In this document: in pieces, positions 11,002 through 26,179 of the stretch | Position numbering within the stretch: position 1 is the stretch's first letter | How the letters are laid out: every line of letters starts with the position of its first letter | Assembly (NCBI RefSeq): GCF_048593235.1 | Contig: NC_133617.1 | Span: forward strand, 669,332,958-669,396,957 | Direction: 5' to 3' | Source: Sminthopsis crassicaudata | Lineage: Eukaryota | DNA length: 64,000 nt | Translations under genes and position numbers: made by a program | Notes under the pieces: model-generated | Database searches by the model: none | Seen by the model: only the letters and a program-made list of their open reading frames with translations | What the model was told of the DNA's origin: nothing

Positions 11002-13247
11002 GAGGACAGCAGAACAAGTGGCCTGCAAGTGGTCAATAATTCCCATTTAACTTAAATGCTGGCAAGACCTCAGACCCCAGAGGCCTGAGGGCCTTTCCTT
11101 GAAGTCAGTTGCACTCTTCACAGGCCACACCTGCATACCGAACATCACAGATCCGCATCCGTGGAGACGTCACAAACAAACCAATGAACACGCAGCAGGG
11201 ATGAGGGTCTGGTCCTCGAGTTTCCCAAAGTCACAAAGGACACCAACCAGGGAAGGAATGGTGACCCACCTTCTAGGCTCCACCTCCACCATTGCCACTA
11301 TGGACTCCGAGGGACCCACAGACAGCAGAGGGCAAGGGTATGGTGGATGACTTGAGGGCAGGATGAAAGGGGAAGGAGACACTGTTTGGATTCAAATTTG
11401 GGGGGGGGAGTTCCAGCTCAGCCCCCCATCTGCGAGTCCGGGGTCCAATTGGGAAAGTATTTCCACTGCCATGGAAGTGACCAAGCTTTTCCGTCATTAC
11501 CCCATCCTCCCCAACTTCTACAAAAGTAATGATAGTAGACAACTTCTCCCACAGGCCCCAAGCCTACATCAACCCATCAGCAGAGGTCATTTTTGCAACC
11601 ACCATTGCCTGACTGGACTAGGAAGGGGCATGGCTTGACCTGGCTCAATAGCTTCCAGCTCTGTTCCACAGGCCCACAATAGGGTCTGAGGTGGATTAAG
11701 GCCTCAAAGTCTTGGTCCTGAGACACAATGACCACTGATACTCTAGGCCACTCCTATCTCCAACCATCCTTTTGTTCCAAGTGGGAAGAGGCTGAACATC
11801 TCTCTTCCCCCATTTCCCCTCCCTCAACATATACTCCCAGAGCTGAGACCCTAGAGTATAACTGGTAGAAAGAAAGGGAGGGGAGACCAGATTCTGGGGA
11901 TGGATGAAAGGAAAGAGGGGAAGAAAGGCTGGGGCTAGACAGCCACAATTCCTCAAGGTCTAGCTGCAGGGATTTAGAGATAAGGCCCTGGGGAGGAGAA
12001 ATAGCAGCCAGGAGGGAAACAGCAGCCCTGAGGAAAGGCCTTGAAGCTCTGGATGGTTGCCCACAGACTCATGGTGTGCAAGGATGGGAGACAAGGAGTC
12101 ACTGTCTGGTTCTGTCCCCCTGGGAAGAAGTAGACAAAAAAAAAAAAAAAAAAAAAAAAAATATCCTCTTTTCCTCTCTTGGCCTAGATATCAGCTCTAG
12201 GGTCACAACTCTATGCTCATTCACTTGGCAGGCTTCCCCAGGATCTTGCAGAAAGAAGGGCCTAGACACCTGATTTTCTATTTGCTCACAAGGCCCAAGT
12301 CCAGGCTGTCTCAGGACAGGGGAGTGATCTAGCCTCTAGCCAAATTAACCCCCAGAAGCAAACTCCAAGAAAGCAGAGATTCCCATAACCACTCAGAGGA
12401 AGTGAGAATCAATCCCAAAAACTAAATTACCTGTCAGTTTACACTCTGGCTCCCTCTGCTACACCCTTAATAGAACTTAGGAGGTGCCTCACTGAGTCGA
12501 TGTTCAGGTAGGCAGATAGCAGACCTTTCCCCTGGTATTAAGATTAAAAAGAATAAGCCAGGGGTTCTTGATTAACCTGTTCCTGAAACCAAACCACACT
12601 CTACTCCTTCAGTGGCAAGAACTTTCCTGGAAGCATGGAGATGACCCAAAAACAAGAGGAGTTGTAGATGCATTTTGAAAAGAGGGAGGAAACCCCAAGC
12701 TCTGACTACTGATGGAAGAGGCAGACACTGGGGGCCAGGGTGTGGGGTGGGAAAAAGGGGGCATATAAAGATATAAAACTTGATCAAAATGAAATCAGTA
12801 AACATAGAGCTTGGAAAATAACAAATCACAGTGCATCACGTCATGACAAAACTGCCTCCCCCAAGGGTTTGGGGAAGGTCTATTGGGGTAAAGCCGTAAG
12901 TGGCTCTTTGAGAGCAGGTAATAAGACCTGCTCTCTCCCTTGGGACGGGGGAGGCATCTCCCTGCATTTCTGAATGTGGCTCAGAGCCAGGCAGGCAGTC
13001 CCAAGAGCCTGGTGGCCAGAAAGCCTGAAACAGGAATGGAGCAAGCTGCCCAGAGTCTGCAGGTATCAGTTAACACACTGTCACCCAACACCCATACTGC
13101 TCCAGCCATCAGCAGGAGAATCAAAGTTTCTCACTCCCCCTTCCCACAGGGGAGGATGGACGAGTTGGGGGAGGGAGGGAAGGGGGCAGTGGTGTGTGGA
13201 CTGGCTGGGTCAGAGGGAAATGGGCCCTGGACTGGACCTTGAGTCAA

Positions 13248-14462
<1,215 letters not shown>

Positions 14463-15059
14463 TCACAGCCTCAGTGCAGCCTCCAGAAAGGATGTCTTCA
14501 GGAGATAACTCACTTACACTTATTAAGGGTCTAGTCCAGCCCTAGGGAGAGATTTAAACTGACAAGGGCCCTGCCCTTGAGGAGCTTACTTTCTAAGGGA
14601 AGGGAGGAAGGGAAAAGGAATCCCATGCCTGCAGGTCTCAAAGGCTCTCCCTCCTCACCTGTTCCTATGGGAACCCTCAGCTCTGTTCAAGTGTCATTTC
14701 TTTCAAGAGCCTTTTCCTCAGCCCCTCTCCCATCCCTTAATAACTACATATTTAGTTAAAATCTACCTTCCATGTATTTATCCATGGACATATTGGATTC
14801 CTAGCAGAATGCCTACTTTTTGAGGGCACAGACTATTTTTTTTTACCATCTCTAGTGGAAGGCACTTAAATGTTAATTATTTAAGATGTACATATTCTCC
14901 AAAGGCTCCAACATCCTCAGCTCAAATATCGTCTCAGCACCTTACTAGCTGTGGGATTAACTTCTCTGTGCCTCAGTTTCTTTACCAGTAAAATAATGGG
15001 GCTCAGTAGCCATGAAGACTTTTCTCCAAATCTAAATAGATGACCTATGGTATCTCCAA

Positions 15060-16470
15060 AACCCAATTTCCCAGTCTTTATTCTACTTACCATCCTGGCC
15101 AGTTTGGACCTGTTGACCTCCTCTGAAAAACTCTCCTCCCTAATGGTGCTCACTTAGTTTTTGTCCTTCTGGGCTGACAGCTACCCTCAGTCTCCTTGGC
15201 TGGATCACCTTGCCCAGTTCACTGGGAGCATTACTCATGCTTCTGTCCTGGGCCCCCTTCTCTTCTTTCTCAACACTCTCCCTTAGTGATCTCATCAGCA
15301 CCATGGCTTCAACTTTCATCCGTATGCAAATGACTCCCAAATTGGTATATCTAGCCCTGATCTTTCTCCTTAACTCTAGCCCTCATAATACAAACTAGAC
15401 TTACATTTTTGTTTATTCTGACATTAAAAATCTAATAAAAATGAGCATTCCCACATAATAGCAGGACACCAAAAGAGTACTGTATGAAACCTGAAGAGGT
15501 TTCTTTTTTAGCATACATTCCAAGATGTTCTTGTCTGCTTTTTTTTCTGGCCTTCCTTCTGTTCTCTTTGCATTAAAAAAAAAAAAAAAATCCTCAGCGA
15601 CCCTCTTTTGTTTCTTCCTGCAGGGACCTCTAATGTACCATTTCTACTACAGAACTCCTATTTCCCCCTGCATCCTGCATCAAAATTTCCCTACTTCTCT
15701 CCCACTTTATAGTCTCTTGACTTCTTTTCCCTCTCACACCTAATATCCAATCAGTTGCCCAAGGTTCTTTGAAATCGGTCATATCAGACTCCTATTTACT
15801 CAGCTCCCACCCTAATTCAGGCACTCCTCACTTCTAACCCACTCTCTCACTAATCTCCTAATGGTTCTCCTTCATTCTAAACTCTTTCTCCAAATTATCC
15901 TTCACAAAGTGGCCGGATTGAGATTCCTAAAATGTGTATCTGATCATACAACCCCCTACTCAGACCACCTTTATGAAATGGTTCCCTGTTGCCTCTAGGA
16001 CAAAATATAAATTTCTCAGCCCAGCACTTAAAAGGTCTCAAAAATCTAGATCCTTCCTATCCTTTCCAGTCTTATTTCATGGTCCTTCCATTATGGACTT
16101 TCTACCCCAAGTCAGCCTAGTAGCCTTCTTTGGTATATGACATTCCATCCCTCCTCCTCATACCTGTGAATATGTGATCCCCAGTATCAGGAATGGACTC
16201 TCTCCTTGTATCCACCTCCCAGAACCCCTTTATTCCTTTCAAGAACAGCTCTGGAGACAGATTCTGCCTGAAGTCTTTCCAAGTCACCCCATTGTTAGTG
16301 CTGTGTTCCTCTGGGCAAGACTTTATATATAACTTTTTGCTTGTTTATCTCTGTGCATGGCATATCCTTCATCAGATTATAAGATCCTTGAGAGGTTTTT
16401 TTTGTTGTTGTTGTTTTTTTTTCCCTCCCCAGCAATCCTTAGAACCCAATATAGTGCCTTACATATAGTT
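15060..16470 (+). mobile_element. Degraded LINE-2 fragments in CCDC71 intron 1
   Basis: Pyrimidine-rich L2 ORF2/3' patterns (GACCTGTTGACC, CCTCACTTCT). Confidence 0.55.
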
Positions 16471-17680
16471 AAGTCACATCTTTTGGCTTTAACTAAATAA
16501 TACAAGGTAAAGAGAAACTAGGATATAGGAGAGACCCAAACTATACACTCTAGAGGAAAAAGTTAAGAACACGTTTAACTGGAGAGATTCAGAGAAGACT
16601 GACACCTAAACTAGGTCTTGAGGAAAGTGAAGAACTTACAAGTGAAGAGGAATAGGTACTACAGCTCAAGGCTGAAGCATGATAGGCTAAGATTATGAAA
16701 CAGTAAATCCTCCCATATGGCTAGATTTTGGCTGGAGTGTGTAAAGAGAAACAGGATGAGACAGTATGAGAAAGGATGATGGTAACAAAATTATGGAAGG
16801 CCTTTCATGTTAAGACAGATTTCTCTTTTTTTCCTATACGCACTAGAAAGACCCTGAAGGTTTTTGAGAAGAGGAGTGATAAGGTTAGACTGCCTCATAG
16901 CAAAGTTTTTTTGGCATCTTTAAGAAAGATGAACTGGAGAAAAAAGCTCTGAAAAGCAGGAAGACTACTAAGAGGGTGGTTGGTTATCAACAGGACATGT
17001 GAGGGATAAGTAATGGAATGAGGGTCATGGCAATGCAGTGTTCAGGAAACAAGTTGAATACAGATCTTTGCTCCTCTTCAGGTGCTGCTAAACCATGCTG
17101 CAAGGATCCTTTACAAATCCATGCTATTTAATATCCACTTTAGCCCTCAAAGCAGCAAGGCAATCCTTTGGCTCTCACTTAATTTTTTATTGCACATCCC
17201 CAATGGTCCAAACTTAAATCTCTCAAACCATACTTCCTTTCTTTCCTTTGTCATACAAGACCTTAGCTTAAAAAAGACCAGGGTGTCCCATTTCATCCAG
17301 GGCCATCTCCAGTTGTCTTAATCTATACCTTGTTACTGGACCCAGATGACTCTGGAGGGGAAGGTGAAGTAGATGACCTTGATACATTCCTCCCTCACTT
17401 AAATTCAATTAACTAGCATGTCATGATGTCACCTCCCTGATGTCATGGTCATCTTCAAGAATGAAGGACAAACAACAGTCTATTGATAAAATAGAGCTAA
17501 TCTGGGTTTTCTTTTCTACCTCAAACTCACCAGATATTATGTTCCATTTTCTCTTTGCTCTAGTCTTGGATGAAGGCGTGTCTCTTTTCCTTGCTATGAC
17601 CAATACTACTTTTAATCCCTTATCTCATACTTTCCTATCTCCTTCCTTACAACCCCTCTTCATTTTCTTTCTTTCTTTTT

Positions 17681-17812
17681 TGAGGCTGGGGTTAAGTGAC
17701 TTGCCCAGGGTCACACAGCTAGGAAGTCTTAAGTGTCTAAGACCAGATTTGAACTCTGGTCCTCCTGAATTCAAGGCTGGTGCTCTATCCACTGCGTCAC
17801 CTAGCTGCGCCC
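17681..17812 (-). mobile_element. WSINE1-like SINE
   Basis: Near-identical to the 908-1038 copy; T-rich tail. Confidence 0.85.
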
Positions 17813-17959
17813 CCCCCCCTTCATTTTCAATCACTCCTTATATACTGGATACTTCTCTAACATCTACAAAAATGCTCACATTTTTATCCTTTAAAAAAAA
17901 AAAAACAACCTGTCAGATCCCATATTTCTACTATATATCTCCATCTTTTCACAACTAAA

Positions 17960-19260
17960 CTAGAAAAACTCAAGTCTATACTAACTCCCCTCTCACTCGC
18001 ATCTCAATCCTATGAAATCTGATTCTAACTTTATTACTCAAATGAAATTGGCTCTTTCCAAAATTACCAATGACTTCTCTTTTTAAAAAGTATGTCCTGA
18101 TAATTCAAGTCCCCTATTACTTCTACTTGTACAAGCCTGGCTTGTAATCTGTTTTCTGAACCCTGCACCTATTTATTCCTCTTTCTGTTCAAGTTAATTA
18201 CAATATTTATCTATTGTCAAATCTATTGGATTCTTCTCAGTGCTCAAACTCCTTGGTCCCTATGTAGAACTTAATTTTTTATTGTTTTTTGTGCGAGGAA
18301 ATTGCACTTACTTGCCCAGGGTCACACATCTAGCCTTAAGTATGTGAGGCCACATCTGAACTCAGGTCCTCCTGATTTCAGGACTGCTGCTCTATCCAAT
18401 ATGCTATCTAGCTGCCCCATCATGTACGTAATATTTTTGATCACCCTTTTGTGATGGATTTTCATGCCATCTCTTTCCTGATTCTCCTGCTACCAACTAG
18501 TAACTCTTCTTTACTTTCCTTAGTAGGCTCCTGGACTGCCTATGTGTAAATGTACCCTAAGGAGTTTCTCTCTAGGGCCCTTATTTCTTTGCTTACTCCC
18601 AGGAAATTCATTAGCTCCTCCATGTTCAATTGTCATCTATTTATATATGATTCTGAGATCTACAGTAGCCTCTCTCATGAGCCCCAGTCTTGCATCATGA
18701 GCTTACCCATTGGACATTTGCAAAGAGGTACCTTAGTAGTCATCTTAAAATCAGTATGTCCAATATGAAATTCATTTTTTTTCCCTAACTTCCCTGTTAG
18801 GATGGACACCACCATCCATTCTATTTACTCAAGTTCATAACCTCCATATAATCCCTCCTAAGTAGTTGCCAGATTTTATTTCTACTTCCACAGCATCTCT
18901 CATATCTATCCCCTTGTCTCTCTCCACACGGCCATCAACCTGATTCAGGCCCTCATTACCTATTACCTAGACTATTGCAGGTACATCCTAATTGTCCTCC
19001 ATACCCGAGTTATCTCTCCTCTTCAACATATCCTTCATAGAGCTGTCAAATTCAAAGGACTGACTGCTTAAGAAAATCTAGTGGCTACCTATTAACTCCA
19101 GAATCAAATACAAATTGTCAATTTGACATTTAAAGCCCTTCACAGTCTAGCTTAGCTTACCTTTATCTTATGTTCTCTCTTTTACCTACTCTTCATTTCA
19201 GCCAAAACGGCCTACTGATAAGCCCATCTCTGCACCTTTGTACAGCCGGGATGCAGGTGA
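17960..19260 (+). mobile_element. Degraded LINE-2 fragments with an inserted SINE (~18285-18418)
   Basis: L2-like pyrimidine-rich sequence; SINE core. Confidence 0.55.
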
Positions 19261-22200
19261 GAGTGCCAACTTGTGAGGTCTTTCCTGACCCTAGTCCCAG
19301 AGCCAAGATCCTTGTCCCCTGAAAAAGCCAATGTACTTACTTTATATACACTTTATAGCACTCATATGTGCTCAGGTTATTTATTCCCATTTTAATATAA
19401 ACCTGTGGAAGGCCAGGGCTGTTTATTCTCATCTTTGTATCCCTAGCACAGCACCTAGCACAGTACTGGACACATAGTGGACATTAAATACTTGCTGAAT
19501 GGACCTGGGAAATAAAGAAGAAGGCAAAGTCAAAATTGATTCTCATTCATGAGAGTAAAGGAAGGTGCCATGGAAGGGTCAATGGCAATGTGGGCTGGGA
19601 TTAGAAAGAGTTTACAGCTTGAGGAGGAAGTTGCTTACCATCTGTCAAACCAAGAAAGTCCATGCCTGGAAGTATCTAGAAGGAAGAATGTAAGAGGAGT
19701 CAAGAGTTGACGGAATGGGAATGAGTCTGCATTTCTTTTGTAAGACAAGGGCTCAAGAGACTTCCATTACCACAAACCCGGGAGGTAGGTAGTATATGTA
19801 TTATCCCCGTTTTAATGATGAAGGAATTGATGGACTGAGAAAAATGACTTGCCTGTGGTCACATAGTCAAGTTTTAAATGCTTGTTTCCTTACTTCTGTT
19901 TCAATGTTCTTTCCATTAATGTACAGTTATTTCTATAGCTCAAATTTATCCTCTCTATATCCCTGTGAGATATGTAGCATAAGAACCAATATCCCCATGT
20001 GACAAAAAAAGAGGAGAGGCCCAAAGGTATGCCATCTCTCTAGCAGACTTTTTTGTCTCCCTTCCCCTAACTCAGGGGAAAGAGTTATCTCATTGGGTCA
20101 GATTTAGAGTTGAAAGGGGCCTCAGGAACCTTTCATCTTTTCTTTTTTTTTCCAAAAAGGAAACTAAGACCTACAGTGAGGCTACTTAGAGAATCAGGAC
20201 TTAAACCTGTAAGAAATATTAGAAAATTCAGTTCTGTTACTTAAAACCAGAGTGATTTCAGAAAAGTCACTTGACTCTCAGATTTTTTTCCCTTAGTAAA
20301 ATGAGAGGATTGTGCTGGATGATTTCTGAGAAAGAATATTAGTTACAAGGGCTCAAAGAATAATAAATTTAGATGTGAAAGGAGCATCAGAGATCATCTA
20401 GTTCACCTCCTTATTCTACAAATGAGGAAACTGAGGTCCAATGAAGTCAAGTAATTTGTACAAGATCTTGTATCGAACAAAGACCTGAGACCCAAATTCA
20501 GGGCTTCTGTCTCTTAGCTGTTTAGCATATCTCTTAAGTCCTAGGGCTTAGGTTTTCCAGAGTCTGGCCAAAGGAAGCGAATGTGAAATCAAGGCTTTCT
20601 TATTCTTAAGGACCCCAAATTTATTTAGAAAGTGAATGGAAAGATAAGACTCTTTCAACCCTGGAAGAAACTGAGAAGTAAGCTATTTTGGCACTCCAGC
20701 CTGGCAATGGGAGGGGCCCTTGGTCTAAGGCTACATTTTGCCTTTTCATCCCTCTTCGAGGATGGCATCCACGGAAACCACCACCCCATTCCTCCCAAAA
20801 GAAACAAAAGCCAAGAGAGCTACAATTCACCCCATCATTCATAGGTTCCCATTCAAAGAGAGGCATGTAAGCAGGAAACTGTCTTCTCAACCCAAACCTC
20901 TCATCCTCTTCCAGGGCAAATTCAGAGCCAGGGAGACAATCAAAGGGCAGGCCTTCCAAAACCTGGCAGGAAGCTCTGGGCCTGGGCTTGGTCCAAAATC
21001 CTTTGCAGAAGAACCTCCTTAGGCCCAGTGGTTGGGACAGTGGAATGGGACTGAGACTTTCTTTTTCATTAGCAAATAGGAAATGTTTCCAACTTCTGCA
21101 ACATCTCAGCCCTCAGGTGGCTTTATTACCATCCCGAAAAGTACCAGCATTCCTGGGGGCAAAGGGGATTCCAACTGAAGACTCCTGCCTGGGCCATGGG
21201 TGGAGTGGCTGACTTCTTCAGCACTGACCACAGACAGACACAGCTTCCAGAAGGGAAGGAAAGGGAATTTGTGTAATACCAATGCTCCCAGGGGCCTGAA
21301 GACCCAGGGACAGGAGCAACCTCCCCAGGTGCAACTAACTCATTAAAAGATCAGTAGCAGCTTAGTGCTGAGGGATCTCAGGCAGAGCCCTAACTAAGTA
21401 GTATTCCCTATGCACATCAACACCAGGAGCAGTCTTTCCAGCATACACATACACTTCCCATAGTCCTAATAGGCTCAGGTAGCAATTTGAAAACTCCTGG
21501 TAGATTATCTTATTCCCAGAAGCAGCAATTGTCACCTCTTTGTTTAGAAACATTCCTTTAGGCTCAAGAAGCATGAAGAAGAACCGTGGTAGTGACACCC
21601 CACCCCACCCCCACCCCCATTAAACCACAAACAATCTTTTTTTCCTTCACAGGACCTTAGCCCTTTATTGGATCTGAATTTGGAGGTGGAAAAAGGGAAG
21701 GTTTGGGGTCTTGGGACTTGGCTTGTGAAGGGTGAAAAGGAAGGAGTCTTGGGTTTGCACGGGGTGTTTTGTCTGCCTGACCTCTGAGCTGAGGGTCATC
21801 CCATACAGGCTCTCCTACACCAGCATTTTCTCACTGTAGCTGATTTGGAGAGGATCCTGCCTTTCCAGAAGCCTGGACTATCACAACAGACTTCATTCCA
21901 AAGGAACTAGACACTTCAAGGTGCCTAAGGCCTTTCAATTAGACCTGTATTTTCCCACAGCCTCGAGAAGAGAAGGGAATGGGCTTGAGGTGTGAACATG
22001 TGGGAGGGCACAGAGATAGGGGCCAAAAATAGATCAGAACCAGTGAAAGGATCAAAAGAATCCTAGAAGGTATAAACTGGGAGATTAAAAAAGCCCAGAT
22101 TTTGAGCTGGATAGGACCTTCAAACCCCTATACTGCACACATGGGAAAACTGAGGCTCAGAAAAAGGAAGTTACTTACTTGCCCAAGGTCACAGAGGCAC

Positions 22201-22519
22201 AACTGGGAGGTTTGGTAGACTGGGGAGAACTCCCTGGGATAAGGAAAACTCAAGAGAGACAGTGGATGCTCTGTAGGGCTTGGTGAGAAATTGGGGGAGG
22301 GGCTGGTTCAGAAAACCTACACGAGAAGTAAATGAGGAAAAGCCTGGCCCGCGTTGTTTTGTTATGCTTTGGTTTTGAGGGGGTGTGACCTTGATGAATA
22401 TATGGAGTACTGAGAGAAGAAACCTAAGAAATAGAGGGCCCCAAGACTGAGGCACAGGGAATAAGGCAGGAAGCTGGGAGAGCTGGACTGTACTAATAGA
22501 GCAGGTTAGAGAATGGCAA

Positions 22520-23100
22520 GGATGGGGATGAAGATAGAGATGGGGTGGGGATGGAGATGGGAGTGGGGGTGGGGATGGAGATGAGAAGATGGGGGTGGGG
22601 GTGAGGATAGAGATGGGGTGGGGATGGAGATGGGGGTGGGGATGGAGATGAGAAGATGGGGGTGGGGATGAGGATAGAGATGGGGTGGGGATGGAGATGG
22701 GGGTGGGGATGGAGATGAGAAGATGGGGGTGGGGATGAGGATAGAGATGGGGTGGGGATGGAGATGAGAAGATGGGGGTGGGGGTGAGGATAGAGATGGG
22801 GTGGGGATGGAGATGGGGGTGGGGATGAGGATAGAATAGAGGTAGGGAAGAGGGCTGGAGATGGGGGGTGGGGATGAAGATAAGAGTAGAGGTGGGGAAG
22901 ACGATTGGAGAGGGGGGTGGGGATGGGGTAAGAATGGGGTGGGAATGAGGAAGATAGAGACGAGGATGGGGATGGAGTAGGGGAAGAGGATGGGAGTGTG
23001 GTGGGGATGAAAATGAGAGAATAGGGATAAAGATGAGGGTGGGGGTGGGGATGAAGACGGGGATAGGAATGGGGATGAAGAAGATAAAAAGAACGAAGCC
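22520..23100 (+). repeat. G-rich degenerate tandem repeat (GGGGTGGGGAT(G)GAGAT units; ~67-bp higher-order unit)
   Basis: Visible periodicity of G4-5 runs. Confidence 0.9.
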
Positions 23101-23149
23101 AGGGGAGTCTGGGGCAGTGGAACAGTAAAATATGTTTAAGTGTGTATGA

Positions 23150-24500
23150 TCGGAGAGTCCCAGAGCTTCTAAGTATGGGGTCAGCAAGATCTCGGTCCTG
23201 GGGCACCTGGTACGTATGAGAACGGTGGGATACGGTGGATAAAGAAGGGGGTGGGAGGGGCAGGGAACCTGGGGGTCGTGGGGGTTTCGGGCGGCTGGGG
23301 CGGAAGGCCCGAAAAGATGTAAGAATGGGAAAATTCTGGGTGGGGAGCTATGACTGTGGAGAGACTTATGAAAGGGAGGGTGGTGGGTGCAAGGGGTAGC
23401 TTGGGTCGGGAAAGGGAGGGGAGGGCAGGGCAGGAGAGGGCGGGAGGGGGAGGATTGGAGTGGGGGAGGGGCTCCGAGGAGCCCCCCAGCCCCGCCCCCT
23501 CGGCGCTGCCTCCGGCCCGGCCCGGCAGACTGAGCCGCCGACGCCGCCGCCGACGCCGCCATGGCCAGGCCCCGGGCCCAGCGCCCCCTCTGGACGACCC
23601 GGGCCGGCTCGGCCCCGCGGGCCCAACACCTACCGGCCGCCGCCGCGGGGACCCGGGACCAGCCTCTGCGCCGCCTCCGCCGCTCCAACATGGCCGCCCC
23701 GCTGAGGGCCGGAAGTGCAGCTCCACTTCCGCTTCCGGCCCCCCCCCTCCTCAGAGCCCCCCTCCCAGACTGGGGACCCCCGGCCCCTCCCCTACCCCCA
23801 GGGTCTCCGCCCCCTAGGGTCTCCCGCGCCCCCACGTGGCGGTTGCTGGTCCTATTTTAGCTCTAGTCCAGTTCAACTAGACTTTGGGGAGACCACAGCC
23901 CTGCCCTCAGGGAGCCTCCAGTTTGGGGGAAAAACCCAGGCCTACCTTTCGGGAGCCTCCAGATTGGGAGAGAAACTCCGCTCTAAGGGCTGGAAGGTCT
24001 CGATCTGAGGAGGGGATTGAAGCCCGCCCTCAGGGAGCCTTTATGTGGGGGGGAATTACAGCTCCCCGCTGGGAGCTCTGGGGGCAGGAGAGGAAGCTCC
24101 TACCCTAATCCTTTTAAGACCGTCTGTCGGAGGGACACTCCCCTGGCCTAACTCCCGAGGACGACGTTGGGCGCAGTAGCGCCCTCATGACCCCGACAGC
24201 GCGGACCTCGAGCCCTCACGTGGCGCGAGGACACAGCAATCGAAGCACGTGTGGCTCGGATGGCCTCCCCCTATTATCTTTTTCCCCCTGAGTTTTCTTA
24301 ACCCCTCCCTCTGACCGCTCAAGTCTCCTTGCCAGAAAATCGCCCACAACAGCTCTGGTTGTCCCCCAGGCGCTGTACTGAACCCTTTTCTCCGAGACCC
24401 TTTTCCTGGCCATTGCATCAGCCGCCTTCCACGAGTTCTCGTTCTCGCGCATTCTTTGTGCACGTGACTTCTTCTACAAGCTAATACTCTGAGTTCCAAT
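23150..24500. promoter_or_regulatory. CpG-island promoter of CCDC71 (ETS CCGGAAGT/CACTTCCGCTTCCGG, YY1-like AACATGGC, four CACGTG E-boxes)
   Basis: High GC/CpG density; motifs read directly. Confidence 0.8.
23634..23730 (-). other. CCDC71: CCDC71 5' exon 1 (TSS approximate)
   Basis: CCG|GTAGGT donor inside a CpG island, next to ETS and YY1 motifs. Confidence 0.55.
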
Positions 24501-26179
24501 CTCACTGCAACTGCCTTTTCCAGTAGCGTCTCAAATGCAACATGTCCCCAGGGGACTTATCTCCCCCACACACTTACCTAACACAGTCCTCCTGAAACTT
24601 GGCCCATCGCTCTGGGGGGTCCCTTGAAAATGACTCAGGAAAAAACCTTAAGATTTCCCCAAAAATGTGTAACGCGATCCCCAACTCCCGTAGAAACACT
24701 CCAGGCGCCAGGTGCATGCTGGGTACAGGACCCCTTTATTTCCCCTGTGTGACACGGGCCGGCCCATTTCTTCTGAGAGCTGTCTCAGGGCCTTAGTTTG
24801 CTTATGTGTAAAAATAAGATCACAGATTAGAGCTGGAAGAAACCGCAGATTTAGTCTAGTCCAACCCCCGCTTAGGATACACGAGGCAATTGAAACCCAG
24901 ACAGCTGAGAGAGCCAGTGTACCTAAAAAAAAAAAAAAATGTCCATGTGTTTCCACTCTCTCTCTCCCGCCCCCTCTAGTTTAGATCCCACTGAAGTTGA
25001 GAAAGATGGAAAAGGTCCAAAAATGTGGACAATAAGACAAAACTCAGCCCTGCCCCTCAGTTACCACTTTCCTTTTTTTCCTTTTCCTTGCGCTCCCTGG
25101 TTCTATCTCCTTGTCTCTGCTTCCTAAGTTGGTGATTTCCTCATCTTCTCCATCCAAAACGGCTGTCAAGTCTGGACAGATTCTCTCTCCATAGCTGTCA
25201 TACTTGTGTCTCCCCACTCAAATGGGCAATTGACCTCATTCAAATCATTTCCTACCAGGACTATTGCCTTAGGCTCCTAATTGTTCTTCTCTCAGATTCC
25301 TAACTCATGAGTTCCATCACTCTTGTCACTTTCCTGCTCAAAAGATCTTCTCTCCACCACACTACTGAGCCAGACTATTGCATTTCTTCTCTTCCTGACT
25401 TTGATATTGAGAGGAATGTCTATTACTTCCCTTTACAAATGATCTCTGTCCTGTTCTCTTGGCTGAGAGCTCAGATTTTTATGGTAGACCACAACCACTG
25501 GTGAGAGGAGACTGACGATCTTCATCAGTTTTAATATATCTTATTTTTCCAATTTCACTGAGTGACATCTTATTGTCATTATTTAATTAATCATAATTAT
25601 TAATTTAATTATTTAATCATTAATTAATTAATAATTAAACACATCGTGTTTCCCTTTTCATGACCCCATTTGGATGCTTTGGAGTAGTTTGCCATGTCCC
25701 TTTGCAACCCATTTCATAGATGAGGAAACTGAAGCAGAGAGAAAAGACTTGTCCAGACTTACACAGTAAGTATTTGAGGCCAGATTGAAATTGAGGTCAT
25801 TGAAAGTGGGGAATAAGAGTAGAATCTTAAAAGGAAGAAGAGAAAAGTCATGTTGATCAAGTTATGACAGGCATCTTTTAAACCCTGCGTCAAATAAGAA
25901 GTCCTAAATTAAATGAATCATTCAGAGCCTAGGCTAATGTACTAGGAAGTTGGAAATCATGGGAAAAACAGACCAAGTTGTGAGAGGGAGGGGATCAGGG
26001 ATCTGAAGCAACTCATACTCAGCTCAGAAGGTAATGCAGAGATCAAATTCTGAAAAAGTTTTCTAGTCTCCTTTCCTGGTAGGAACAGAGGCATCTTCTT
26101 GCCTTTCCATCATAGAAGTCCATATGAAGTTGGTGATACTATAAAAAAGAAAATAACTTGTAACCTTATACTTTGTATA

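Noticed and set aside
17440-17958. 172-aa ORF
   Set aside because: Reads through an antisense SINE and T-rich intron sequence
22189-23835. 548-aa minus-strand ORF
   Set aside because: Runs through a CpG island and the C-rich strand of a tandem repeat, which lack stop codons by composition; Pro/His/Ser low complexity, no domain
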